A program made the translations under genes and the position numbers. A DNA stretch of 64,000 bases from Nemertoderma westbladi (lineage: Eukaryota; Animalia; Xenacoelomorpha), in contig JAUCBJ010002753.1 in assembly GCA_032718475.1 (NCBI GenBank), forward strand, positions 1-64,000. The letters are read 5' to 3'. The notes beneath the pieces are model-generated. The model saw only the letters and a list, made by a program, of their open reading frames with translations. It made no database searches and was not told where the DNA came from. Below, one piece after another: positions 29,701 through 41,700 of this stretch; the stretch's first letter is position 1, and every line of letters begins with the position of its first letter.

Positions 29701-32700
29701 CTAAAAATAGGTAGGGGTGTTAGAACCACGTGGCTCCTTTCTTGCACCACTTGGCTCGATTATAAACACAGGTAGGTGTGTTAGCACCACTTGGCTCGAT
29801 TCTAAACACAGGTAGGGGTGTTAGCATCAACGTGGCTCGATTCTAAACACAGGTAGGGGTGTTAGCACCAACATGGCTCGATTCTAAAAATAGGTAGAGG
29901 TGTTAGCACCAACGTGGCTCGATTCCAAACACAGGTAGGGGTGTTAGAACCACGTGGCTCCTTTCTAGCACCACTTGGCTCGATTCTAAACACTGGTAGG
30001 GGTGTTAGCACCATTTGGCTCGATTCTAAAAATAGGTAGGGGTGTTAGCACCACGTGGCTCCTTTCTAGCACCACTTGGCTCGATTCTAAACACTGGTAG
30101 GGGTGTTAGCACCACTTGGCTCGATTCTAAACACAGGTAGGGGTGTTAGCACCAACGTGGCTCGATTCTAAACACAGGTAGGGGTGTTAGCACCAACATG
30201 GCTCGATTCTAAAAATAGGTAGAGGTGTTAGCACCACTTGGCTCGATTCTAAACACAGGTAGGGGTGTTAGCACCAACGTGGCTCGATTCTAAACACAGG
30301 TAGGGGTGTTAGCACCACGTGGCTCCCTTCTAGCACCACTTGGCTCGATTCTAAACACAGGTAGGAGTGTTAGCACCACTTGGCTCGATTCTAAACACAG
30401 GTAGGGGTGTTAGCACCAACGTGGCTCGATTCCAAACACAGGTAGGGGTGTTAGTGTTAGAACCACGTGGCTCCTTTCTAGCACCACTTGGCTCGATTCT
30501 AAACACAGGTAGGGGTATTAGCACCACTTGGCTCGATTCTAAAAATAGGTAGGGGTGTTAGCACCACGTGGCTCCTTTCTAGCACCACTTGGCTCGATTC
30601 TAAACACTGGTAGGGGTGTTAGCACCACTTGGCTCGATTCTAATCACAGGTAGGGGTGTTAGCACCAACGTGGCTCGATTCTAAACACAGGTAGGGGTGT
30701 TAGCACCAACATGGCTCGATTCTAAAAATAGGTAGAGGTGTTAGCACCACTTGGCTCGATTCTAAACACAGGTAGGGGTGTTAGCACCAACGTGGCTCGA
30801 TTCTAAACACAGGTAGGGGTGTTAGCACCACGTGGCTCCTTTCTAGCACCCCTTGGCTCGATTATAAACACAGGTAGGAGTGTTAGCACCACTTGTCTCG
30901 ATTCTAAACACAGGTAGGGGTGTTAGCACCAACGTGGCTCGATTCTAAACACAGGTAGGGGTGTTAGAACCACGTGGCTCCTTTCTAGCACCACTTGGCT
31001 CGATTCTAAACACAGGTATGGGTGTTAGCACCACTTGGCTCGATTCTAAAAATAGGTAGGGGTGTTAGCACCAACGTGGCTCGATTCTAAACACAGGTAG
31101 GGGTGTTAGAACCACGTGGCTCCTTTCTAGCACCACTTGGCTTGATTCTAAACACAGGTAGGTGTGTTAGCACCACTTGGCTCGATTCTAAACACAGGTA
31201 GGGGTGTTAGCACCAACGTGGCTCGATTCCAAACACAGGTAGGGGTGTTAGCACCACGTGGCTCCTTTCTAGCACCACTTGGCTCGATTCTAAACACAGG
31301 TAGGGGTGTTAGCACCAACGTGGCTCGATTCTAAACACAGGTAGGGGTGTTAGCACCAACGTGGCTCGATTCTAAACACAGGTAGGGGTGTTAGCACCAC
31401 TTGGCTCGATTCTAAACACAGGTAGGGGTGTTAGCTCCACGTGGCTCCTTTCTAGCACCACTTGGCTCGATTCTAAACACAGGTAGGGGTGTTAGCACCA
31501 ACGTGGCTCGATTCTAAACACAGGTAGGGGTGTTAGCACCAACGTGGCTCGATTCTAAACACAGGTAGGGGTGTTAGCACCAACGTGGCTCGATTCTAAA
31601 CACAGGTAGGGGTGTTAGCACCACTTGGCTCGATTCTAAACACAGGTAGGTGTGTTAGCACCAATGTGGCTCGATTCTAAACACAGGTAGGTGTGTTAGC
31701 ACCAACGTGGCTCGATTCTAAGGACAGGTAGGGGTGTTAGCACCACTTGGCTCGATTCTAAACACAGGTAGGTGTGTTAGCACCAACATGGCTCGATTCT
31801 AAACACAGGTAGGTGTGTTAGCACCAACGTGGCTCGATTCTAAACACAGGTAAGGGTGTTAGAACCAAAGTGGCTCGATTCTAAACACAGGTAGGGGTGT
31901 TAGCACCACTTGGCTCGATTCTAAACACAGGTAGGTGTGTTAGCACCAACGTGGCTCGATTCTAAGCAAAGGTGGGGGTGTTAGCACCAATGTGATGTCA
32001 CATATCTCCAGTGCCACAACAAATTTTGTAACACTTCCATTGAATCTCAGTTTCTGAGATTATTGTCGAAAATTCATGTTATGTAGTGTGAATTATAATC
32101 AGAGGTTAATGTGAATTATTTATTAATAATTTTGTTGATAATATGGTTTATTATAAGTGTATAAGCTTAAAACTTCAGTTTATATAATTTCCTAAATATT
32201 ATTTTTTAATAATTAGTAATTATGCGTTAATTAGGTATAATGATACATATGACCCTTGTGAACTCGGTGCGGGTCAGGTTCATGAGATGCTCAAATCTAA
32301 AGCTAGAGGGCGCTTCCATGATTTGTCACGTGCGTTCGGAGCACTGGTCGCACGTGATGGTGGTTACATCACGAAGAAACACTTCCAGCGGATGTTGTGG
32401 CAGTTCAACTTGCCTATGACTCCGGGCGAATTCGATAAGCTCTGGAGGCGGTGAGTTTAATATGGTTGGCTATTTGAAAATATGTCGCGAAATCTATGTA
32501 ATTATTTTACATAATTACAAATAGCCAACCTGCGTCAACGGATTGGTTCTGTGTGCAGGCAGGTAATGCTGCTTGTATCAAGGAATCGTTTGGCCCAGGC
32601 ATGGGAGTCTTACAGAGATAATTATGGGCCCTAGATTCGGCATCCATTGTCATTTGTCATTTCCATAGTATTTCCTTACCAGTTTTAATGTGATAATTTT

Positions 32701-35700
32701 TTTTTATTATTATTTTAATTTTTTTTTATTTTTTTCTTTCAGTTTGTGATATCTGCAAATTCTTACTCGTCCTATTAACGCTTTACCTTTATATTCTCTT
32801 ATATCTTACTGTGGTTTTTAAAATTTAATATTAATTTGTGTAATTTATAGGCCTATTTGGTTTCGTAATATTTTGGTATAATTTAGTGTATTTTAACCAT
32901 TCATCTTTCCTAATATGTTGATTAAAATTTGTGTAATTTAGACAAACGTGTATGAAATTGTGCTGTACACTTTGTGAACTGTATGTATTATTATTATTTA
33001 TTCATTTATTAATTCACAACGATTAACAAATACAAAAATTAATACTGACATTATTTTTATTCTTAAATTGTTACTTTTTCGCTCGAATATACTAGTGGTT
33101 AAACGGGATCAGACTCTTCGGGATTTCCGGGATCGGGACCGGGATTATCACTCTCGGGATCCCGATTTTCGGCATCGGGATTCGAATTTTGAATTCGATT
33201 TTCTTAAAGTTTTCAGTATATTATATTACTGTGTTCGTATAAAACGGATTTTTGGCGAAATTATATCACTTTATTTCATACTGCTGAAATATTTTGTCTG
33301 ATAAAATATAATAAAATTTATTTATAGTTGATTACTGGAATCCAGTAATCCGACAATTCGATGTAATCAATAGATTTCTCTTCATCGCGATTCTCTCGTC
33401 CCTTTATTAACCTCGCTGGCGTTCGTTAAATTAAATGCCTCGGGAATAATGAAAAAAAGTTCTACCTTTTTTTTTTTTTTTAATAAAGATTCTTATTTCC
33501 AGTAAAATAATGCAATTTAGCTATCAGCATTAGGAATTATTGTTGAAAGGGAAATTTTGTGAAATAAGATTTTGTATTGCAGGAAAGATTCTTCCCCTAT
33601 TGAACTCTTGATAATTAACCTAGCTCGCTTCGCAAAGACTACATCACAGTGTCAGGGGGAAAATACCCCTTTGTTTTCCGTGTAATAATAACTAATTATT
33701 TATCTTTTATCTTTCAACGTATAATAGATAAATATCGATGTATTTGGAGAAAGTTTCTCACAATTTTGTTTATCGTTTACTTCATATATTCGCATTTTGT
33801 TTCTCCGTTTAGCTACGATGCGGACGGGGCTGGTAAACTTTCCTTCAAGGCTTTCCAACAGCTCCTCGGGCTGGAGTTCTCGCCTGGGGACAACCACGGC
33901 GTGTCTCGTCGGATAGCCGAAGGTAGTGCGGAGGCGTTCACGGTCCATCTAGCTGGGCAGGAGGAGCGCCAGGAAGGAATGGCGGTCCAACAGATGAGAG
34001 CGACAAGTATACTCACCGCCCGGGAGGTAGAGGAACACCTCAAGTGAGTTGCATATTGTCCTCATATTGTCCTGGACCTTATAGTCTTTATTATCCGCAC
34101 TTTGCGGACACTACAGGGGATATTTTAAAGAAAGAAAATTATGATAATTTTTTTTATCAAACATAATAATTTATTCGTTTAATATTATCGCAGGGATCGT
34201 TTTAGAGATAATTACCAGGACCTCCACGCCGCCTTTAGGAAGGTCGACCTCAATAAAGACGGATTCTTGTCAGTGCAAGAATTCCAGAAAGTTCTCGCGG
34301 ATATGAATTACATTATGGATATGGAGACCTTCATCGAATTACTCGAAAGGTATGTTACCGTGCTTTATGCGAACAGCTCTTTGTACACCAGATATTCCAA
34401 GATATTCAATAGTGTTATGGTTATTGTCATGGAACCAGAGGCTCTTGGATTTTATTCTAGAATATATTTTAATAAACACAATTTAGATATTTTCTACAGT
34501 AGGCCTTTCTGATATTCGAATTGCTAATATAATATTAATCACATTGAATCGGTAATAGTTAATTTTAGAGGTTGTTAAATTTATATTTTCAGTCTCGGAT
34601 CATTAATTCAATAATTATCAATTAATTTATCGAGCTGAATTTTTCAGAGTAGATACCTAAGATCCGAGGAATAACATCGAATTCTACACTCATCATCATT
34701 CTCATCAGTTATATGGCTATAGTACTCTATGCTGATTGCCTGTATATATTTTATAACATATAACATAATAACACTTAGTGTTATATGTCATGAGCAAAAA
34801 GTCTCAAAGACTACTTACTACATTGGTTCAAGGCATTCTAGAACCGTGGAAAATGTCCTAGAACATTGCAAAATATTATAGAACAGTGCTAAATGTTCTA
34901 GAACAGTTCAAAAGCTTCTAGAATAGTGCACAATCTTCTATAGCAGTTCAAAGGGTTCTATATAGTGCCAATTGTTTTATAAAAGTTCAAAAGGTTCTAG
35001 AATAGTGCAAAATGTTCTAGTGCAGGGTAAATGATATTTTTAATTCTATTTATCCGGTTTAGTTTGTATTTATGAATGTGCATGTAGTATATCTACCAAT
35101 TACAAAAAGTAATTACTATTATTATGATGTAGTGCAGGGAGACCTCAAGTGACAATATTATAATATATAAACCACAGTTTTAGCAAGCTTTCACACACAG
35201 GGCTTCTTCCGGCTAAGAGTACAATAAAATTGAGCACCGAAAAAGCTTGGAAAATCTACGTGAAAGCTAGCTAGAACTGTGGGCTATTTATTTGTAGTCA
35301 TTTGAGGTCTCCCCGCATTAGTAATAGTAATCACGATCACACTAGTGGCGAGAGCGGGTCGGTATTTGTATACTGATTACTAAAAGCAGTGTATGAATTC
35401 ATGGTTTCCTGTGTCACATGTTATTCCTGTAGGACCTAGGCAAGTACTTACTCTGAGTAATTCAACTTTATAAACATTTACTTGATATATTTCACTATAC
35501 ATTTTTGGGATTAATCTGCGATAAGTTTATTCTCAACAGCTGTAACTTTTTGAGTCGGTAAGTTTAGATTTTGCTTGAATTGTGTGACATTATTTCCTTA
35601 ACTGGATCTTAAACATTTTATAGGAAAAAGCTCAGTCTGATCAATGAAATCAAACTTTAATAATGTATTACGGTAAATTGTTTATATGTTTTAAATATTT

Positions 35701-38700
35701 TACGGTAAATATTTTAGTCTTATATAGAAATATTTGACCGTTACAGGCTAGGTTTATAGAAACATTTGTCCGTTACAGGCTAGGTTTATAAAAACATTTG
35801 TCCGTTACAGGCTAGGTTTATAGAAACATTTGTCCGTTACAGGCTAGGTTTATAAAAACATTTGTCCGTTACAGGCTAGGTTTATAGAAGCATTTGTCCA
35901 TTACATGCTAGGTTTATAGAAACATTTGTCCGTTACAGGCTAGGTTTATAGAAACATTTGTCCATTACAGGCTAGGTTTATAAAGACATTTGTCCGTTAC
36001 AGGCTAGGTTTATAGAAGCATTTGTCCGTTACAGGCTAGGTTTATATAAACATTTGTCCGTTACAGGCTAGGTTTATAGAAACATTTGTCCATTACAGGC
36101 TAGGTTTATAAAGACATTTATCCGTTACAGGCTAGGTTTATAAAAACATTTGTCCGTTACAGGCTAGGTTTATAGAAGCATTTGTCCATTACATGCTAGG
36201 TTTATAGAAACATTTGTCCGTTACAGGCTAGGTTTATAGAAACATTTGTCCATTACAGGCTAGGTTTATAAAGACATTTGTCCGTTACAGGCTAGGTTTA
36301 TAGAAGCATTTGTCCGTTACAGGCTAGGTTTATATAAACATTTGTCCGTTACAGGCTAGGTTTATAGAAACATTTGTCCATTACAGGCTAGGTTTATAAA
36401 GACATTTATCCGTTACAGGCTAGGTTTATAGAAACATTTGTCGGTTACAGGCTAGGTTTATATAAACATTTGTCCGTTACAGGCTAGGTTTATAGAAGCA
36501 TTTGTCCATTACATGCTAGGTTTATAAAGACATTTGTCCGTTACAGGCTAGGTTTATAGAAACATTTGTCCGTTACAGGCTAGGTTTATATAAACATTTG
36601 TCCGTTACAGGCTAGGTTTATAGAAGCATTTGTCCATTACATGCTAGGTTTATAAAGACATTTGTCCGTTACAGGCTAGGTTTATAGAAACATTTGTCCG
36701 TTACAGGCTAGGTTTATAGAAGCATTTGTCCATTACAGGCTAGGTTTATAGAAGCATTTGTCCATTACATGCTAGGTTTATAAAGACATTTGTCCGTTAC
36801 AGGCTAGGTTTATAGAAACATTTGTCCGTTACAGGCTAGGTTTATAGAAGCATTTGTCCATTACAGGCTAGGTTTATAAAGACATTTGTCCGTTACAGGC
36901 TAGGTTTATAGAAACATTTGTCCGTTACAGGCTAGGTTTATAGAAACATTTGTCCGTTACAGGCTAGGTTTATATAAACATTTGTCCGTTACAGGCTAGG
37001 TTTATAGAAGCATTTGTCCATTACAGGCTAGGTTTATAAAGACATTTGTCCGTTACAGGCTAGGTTTATAGAAACATTTGTCCGTTACAGGCTAGGTTTA
37101 TAGAAACATTTGTCCGTTACAGGCTAGGTTTATATAAACATTTGTCCGTTACAGGCTAGGTTTATAGAAACATTTGTCCGTTACAGGCTAGGTTTATAGA
37201 AGCATTTGTCCATTACAGGCTAGGTTTATAAAGACACTTGTCCGTTACAGGCTAGGTTTATAGAAACATTTGTCCGTTACAGGCTAGGTTTATAGAAGCA
37301 TTTGTCCATTACAGGCTAGGTTTATAAAGACATTTGTCCGTTACAGGCTAGGTTTATAGAAGCATTTGTCCATTACAGGCTAGGTTTATAAAGACATTTG
37401 TCCGTTACAGGCTAGGTTTATAGAAACATTTATCCGTTACAGGCTAGGTTTATATAAACATTTGTCCGTTACAGGCTAGGTTTATAGAATCATTTATCCG
37501 TTACAGGCTAGGTTTATAGAAACATTTGTCCGTTACAGGCTAGGTTTATATAAACATTTGTCCGTTACAGGCTAGGTTTACCAACAAACGAATCTCGCTT
37601 TTCCTACACTCGTTTTCTGGAGGCTATAGACGAAGGAATGCATCCGCGGTTCAAACGCCAAGCCGTTTTCGCAGAAGGTCCTGAACATTTTGAACATATG
37701 AGTGTCAGCAATGCGATGGCGAAGCTCGCTGAGAGAACTACGAACAACATGAAAGCTATCGTTTCTGTGAGTTTCCGTTACTTAGTCCCGGACTTATTGT
37801 TTATTGTTCTGAAACGTTATTTGTTTTTTGCTTTCTAGTAATTATTTAGTAGGCTGTGTTCGTTATATTTCTCGCAACAGTAGGAGTCGGTTTACTAGCG
37901 GAGCGCAAAGAGGCAAGTGAAGTAGACAAGAAGTACTTTTATCAACGGGATTTATGTAATTATATTCAAAAATTGAAACATATATTTCCGACTTTCCGAT
38001 GAGGCACTGTTTAAAATAAAATTAATTAAATATAAATAATTTCATTTACAGGTACCGTACAGTGTTTATCGCCAATACTACTGTTTGATATGCTGATTGA
38101 TACCGGAACAACAGCACAGTATATATTGTATATGAATCTGAAACTAAAATTTTACAATAGCTGTAGTACCGGTACCTTGGTTCACTTATTGTAATAATTT
38201 GAGTGTGAGCGGCAGATAAGGGGATATTTTCGACGCAATAAAAATTCATATTAATTCGCCGGATATTAATTTGCCAACATGGGATTTGCGTCCAGTTTCC
38301 CCCCGGACATAAAATATAAACTTTTTTGACGTTGTTGAAACTGACAGAGGTAATAAATGTTTCAACTTTTTAATAAATAATATTAATAATAATGCTTAAA
38401 ATTGGACCTCTTCAATCACATCCCTACTTCATTAGGACTATATACACATAAATTCTCCCTTGGTTTAACACAACTGGTCTGGCCGTTTACTATTTATTTA
38501 TTTAGGCTTTCCATTCGTTTGATAAAACTGGAGTGGGACGCGTAAAGGGCCAGGATTTCCGACGAATCCTCGATAACTTCTGTTTCCGTCTCAATGACTC
38601 CCAATGGAACGGTCTGCTCTCTCATCTACACGTCTTTGACGATCTCACACTCAACTACAACGATTTCCTCGAAACATTTGTGTCTGAAGATTCAGTTGTA

Positions 38701-41700
38701 AGTAATCTGTGTAAGAATAGGTATCAGGTAACCCAGAATATATGTTGTAATTCGAGTAAAGTATTGTCGATGTTTAATAATCTAACTCGAGCACTAAGGC
38801 CCCTGATGAACATTATACGATACACCATATATAGTCATCATCAATAAACTAAATACAATTATAGTGAAACTGCACTTAATTCAAAGCATTATTTACAGGT
38901 ACATCATTGTGTGCAAATTAGCAGCACTTTGCAGCGTTATGACTCGAGTATATTTATGTACCGAGCGAGCGCAGCGAGGGAGGTTTACATAAATAAAAAG
39001 TGTCTTTAACGCTGAAAAGTGACCTTTGCAAGCAATGATTTATGTAATTTTGTTACATTATGTCAACTTATCAGCGTTCGGTACGCGGAGAAAGTATTTA
39101 CTATCATTCATTACCGTTTGGGAATTTAAATTGGGTTCATTATCGTACCTTGTTTTACTTTAATGTAACAAAGTTTAGTAGTCGAACTTTGTTGCACTTG
39201 TTGTGGTTCGAATGGAGGCACAGAATTAGTCCCACGGCTTGGGCACACTCGGACAGCCAAGCCAAGGATGCAGTTTAAGGCTGCATTTAGGCCCCTGATC
39301 AGGCAGAACTCGGATAATCTGGATGAGCTTATTAATAAGCAGGGTGAGGCCATCTACAATGCCGATGCCAAGAGGCAGGTAATCGCTCAACCTGGTAAGA
39401 AAAGCCAATAAACCATCAATGACCAGGCTGAATCTCTAGCTGACCGCCTCAACGGAAGGGCCCAGGCTGAATCTCCAGCTGACCGCCTCAACGGAAGGGC
39501 CCAGGCTGAATCTCCAGCTGACCGCCTCAACGGAAGGGCCCAGGCTGAATCTCCAGCTGACCGCCTCAACGGAAGGGCCCAGGCTGAATCTCCAGCTGAC
39601 CGCCTCAACGGAAGGGCCCAGGCTGAATCTCCAGCTGACCGCCTCAACGGAAGGGCCCAGGTTGAATCTCCAGCTGACCGCCTCAACGGAAGGGCCAAGG
39701 TTGAATCTCCAGCTGACCGCCTCAACGGAAGGACCCAGGCTGAATCTCCAGCTGACCGCCTCAACGGAAGGGCCCAGGTTGAATCTCCAGCTGACCGCCT
39801 CAACGGTAGGGCCCAGGCTGAATCTCCAGCTGACCGCCTCAACGGAAGGACCCAGGCTGAATCTCCAGCTGACCGCCTCAACGGAAGGGCCCAGGTTGAA
39901 TCTCCAGCTGACCGCCTCAACGGAAGGACCCAGGCTGAATCTCCAGCTGACCGCCTCAACGGAAGGGCCCAGGTTGAATCTCCAGCTGACCGCCTCTACG
40001 GGAGGGTCCAGGCTGAATCTCCAGCTGACCGCCTCAACGGAAGGACCCAGGCTGAATCTCCAGCTGACCGCCTCAACGGAAGGACCCAGGCTGAATCTCC
40101 AGCTGACCGCCTCAACGGAAGGGCCTAGGCTGAATCTCCAGCTGACCGCCTCAACTTAAGGGCCCAGGCTGAATCTCCAGCTGACCGCCTCAACGGAAGG
40201 GCCCAGGCTGAATCTCCAGCTGACCGCCTCAACGGAAGGGCCCAGGCTGAATCTCCAGCTGACCGCCTCAATGGAAGGGCCACTTTGAGAAGCTCCTAAA
40301 CAATTATTGCCTGATAACTTTGTGATACATTGTCTGCTTATGTCTGTACTCCCAAATATTCCCATTGGCGACATCTCCTTTGCTGAAGTCAAGGCTGCTT
40401 CGAAGAGCATCAACACCAATTGTGCCAGTGGATTAGATTACGTATATCCTGAGGTCTTTAAAATACCTGATATAGCGAGTATAGATATAACTAAGAGAGT
40501 CCCACAAGAAATGAAAACAAATAAGTTGGTGCCAGTTCTCAAGAAGGGCAACCTAACACTCTATGGTTCTTTTCGGGGAATCTCGTCGATCTCGATTGCT
40601 GCAAAGCTATACAATATAATTCTATTAAATCGCATCAGGGATCCCATTGGGAGACTGCTCCGTGGAAATCGGAATGGGTTCCGTAAAGGTCGTGGGACCA
40701 TGGAGCCCATTTAGGGAAGGATAATTGAAGAGTTATTTGAAGAAAAAGAAAGATAAACAGACATCTGGTTGCTATGTTTGGTGAATTCTTCAAGGCCTTA
40801 GATTTTCGATTAAGTTTCTCGCTCACGTATGTTCATCATACTTGATTATATGGGATTCCTGGGAAAATTATTGCTACTCTATCAGAACACTACAATAATG
40901 GTTCTACTATGGCATCTGATTAGTATCAAAGCCCAATATTTTTAAACATATTGAATTTTCATCACATAAATTCAATCAATATTGTGCAATTATTGATTCA
41001 ATATTGAATTAATGTGTTGGCAGGTTGGGCAAATATTGAATCAATATGTTAACATGGTGGCGGGTCTGTCAATTACCGACCGAACCTGGGAAAGGACGAG
41101 TTGAAATAAGGTGAACATTGGAACATCCGACCGACCAGGCTAGCAGTAAGAAAAAGCCACAAAATAATATCGTACCAAAATCCCATCTTGACGTAGTGGT
41201 TAAATCATATATCTTTAATTCACATATCTCCCCGGAGGTCGTGAGTTCGATCCCCGTATGGGGGCCAGGGTAGTTTTCGTACGAATGCTTTAAAGGTACT
41301 AACCAGGGAGCATCTTTGTATTGCATCCTTAAATGGTAGCTAAATGAGTACTGGAGTTTCCTCTTGGGAGTATAGTTCTGGGGGGACCGCACTGGAAATA
41401 CGTCGCCAGTTTTTGTGGGTTATCTTTTTTTTTTAATTCGATTAAAGTAAGGGGATTGGGGTGTTAAATATTAAGGGCGATGGTATACAAACATGCTCTA
41501 TATCACTCTTATCTTGGAATCACAATTCATTCATGTGATTCGATTATTCCAGAGGAAATAATTGTTTCTTAAAACTGTAACATAATTATTAACGGAATTA
41601 ATTCAGATTTATTTATTATATTGAAAAAAAAATAATTATCAATCTGCGAACACATGAATAGGATAAAATCTTTTTATTTTAAACTCATTATCTACATTAA

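Noticed and set aside
25520-31994. Recursive-splicing ratchet points or cassettes of alternative micro-exons in the donor arrays
   Set aside because: CAG|GT is present, but the 41- and 47-mers lack a polypyrimidine tract and unit lengths are not multiples of 3. It is unsupported without lariat data.
25549-32234. Intron 7 created by tandem duplication of an exonic AGGT proto-splice site
   Set aside because: That model predicts an intron starting with exon-8 sequence (GTATAAT) and ending in exon-7 sequence. It starts GTAGGGG and ends in a unique AT-rich acceptor, so the intron predates the array.
41182-41260. Third tRNA gene
   Set aside because: A and B boxes are present but there are no acceptor or anticodon stems; treated as a SINE head.
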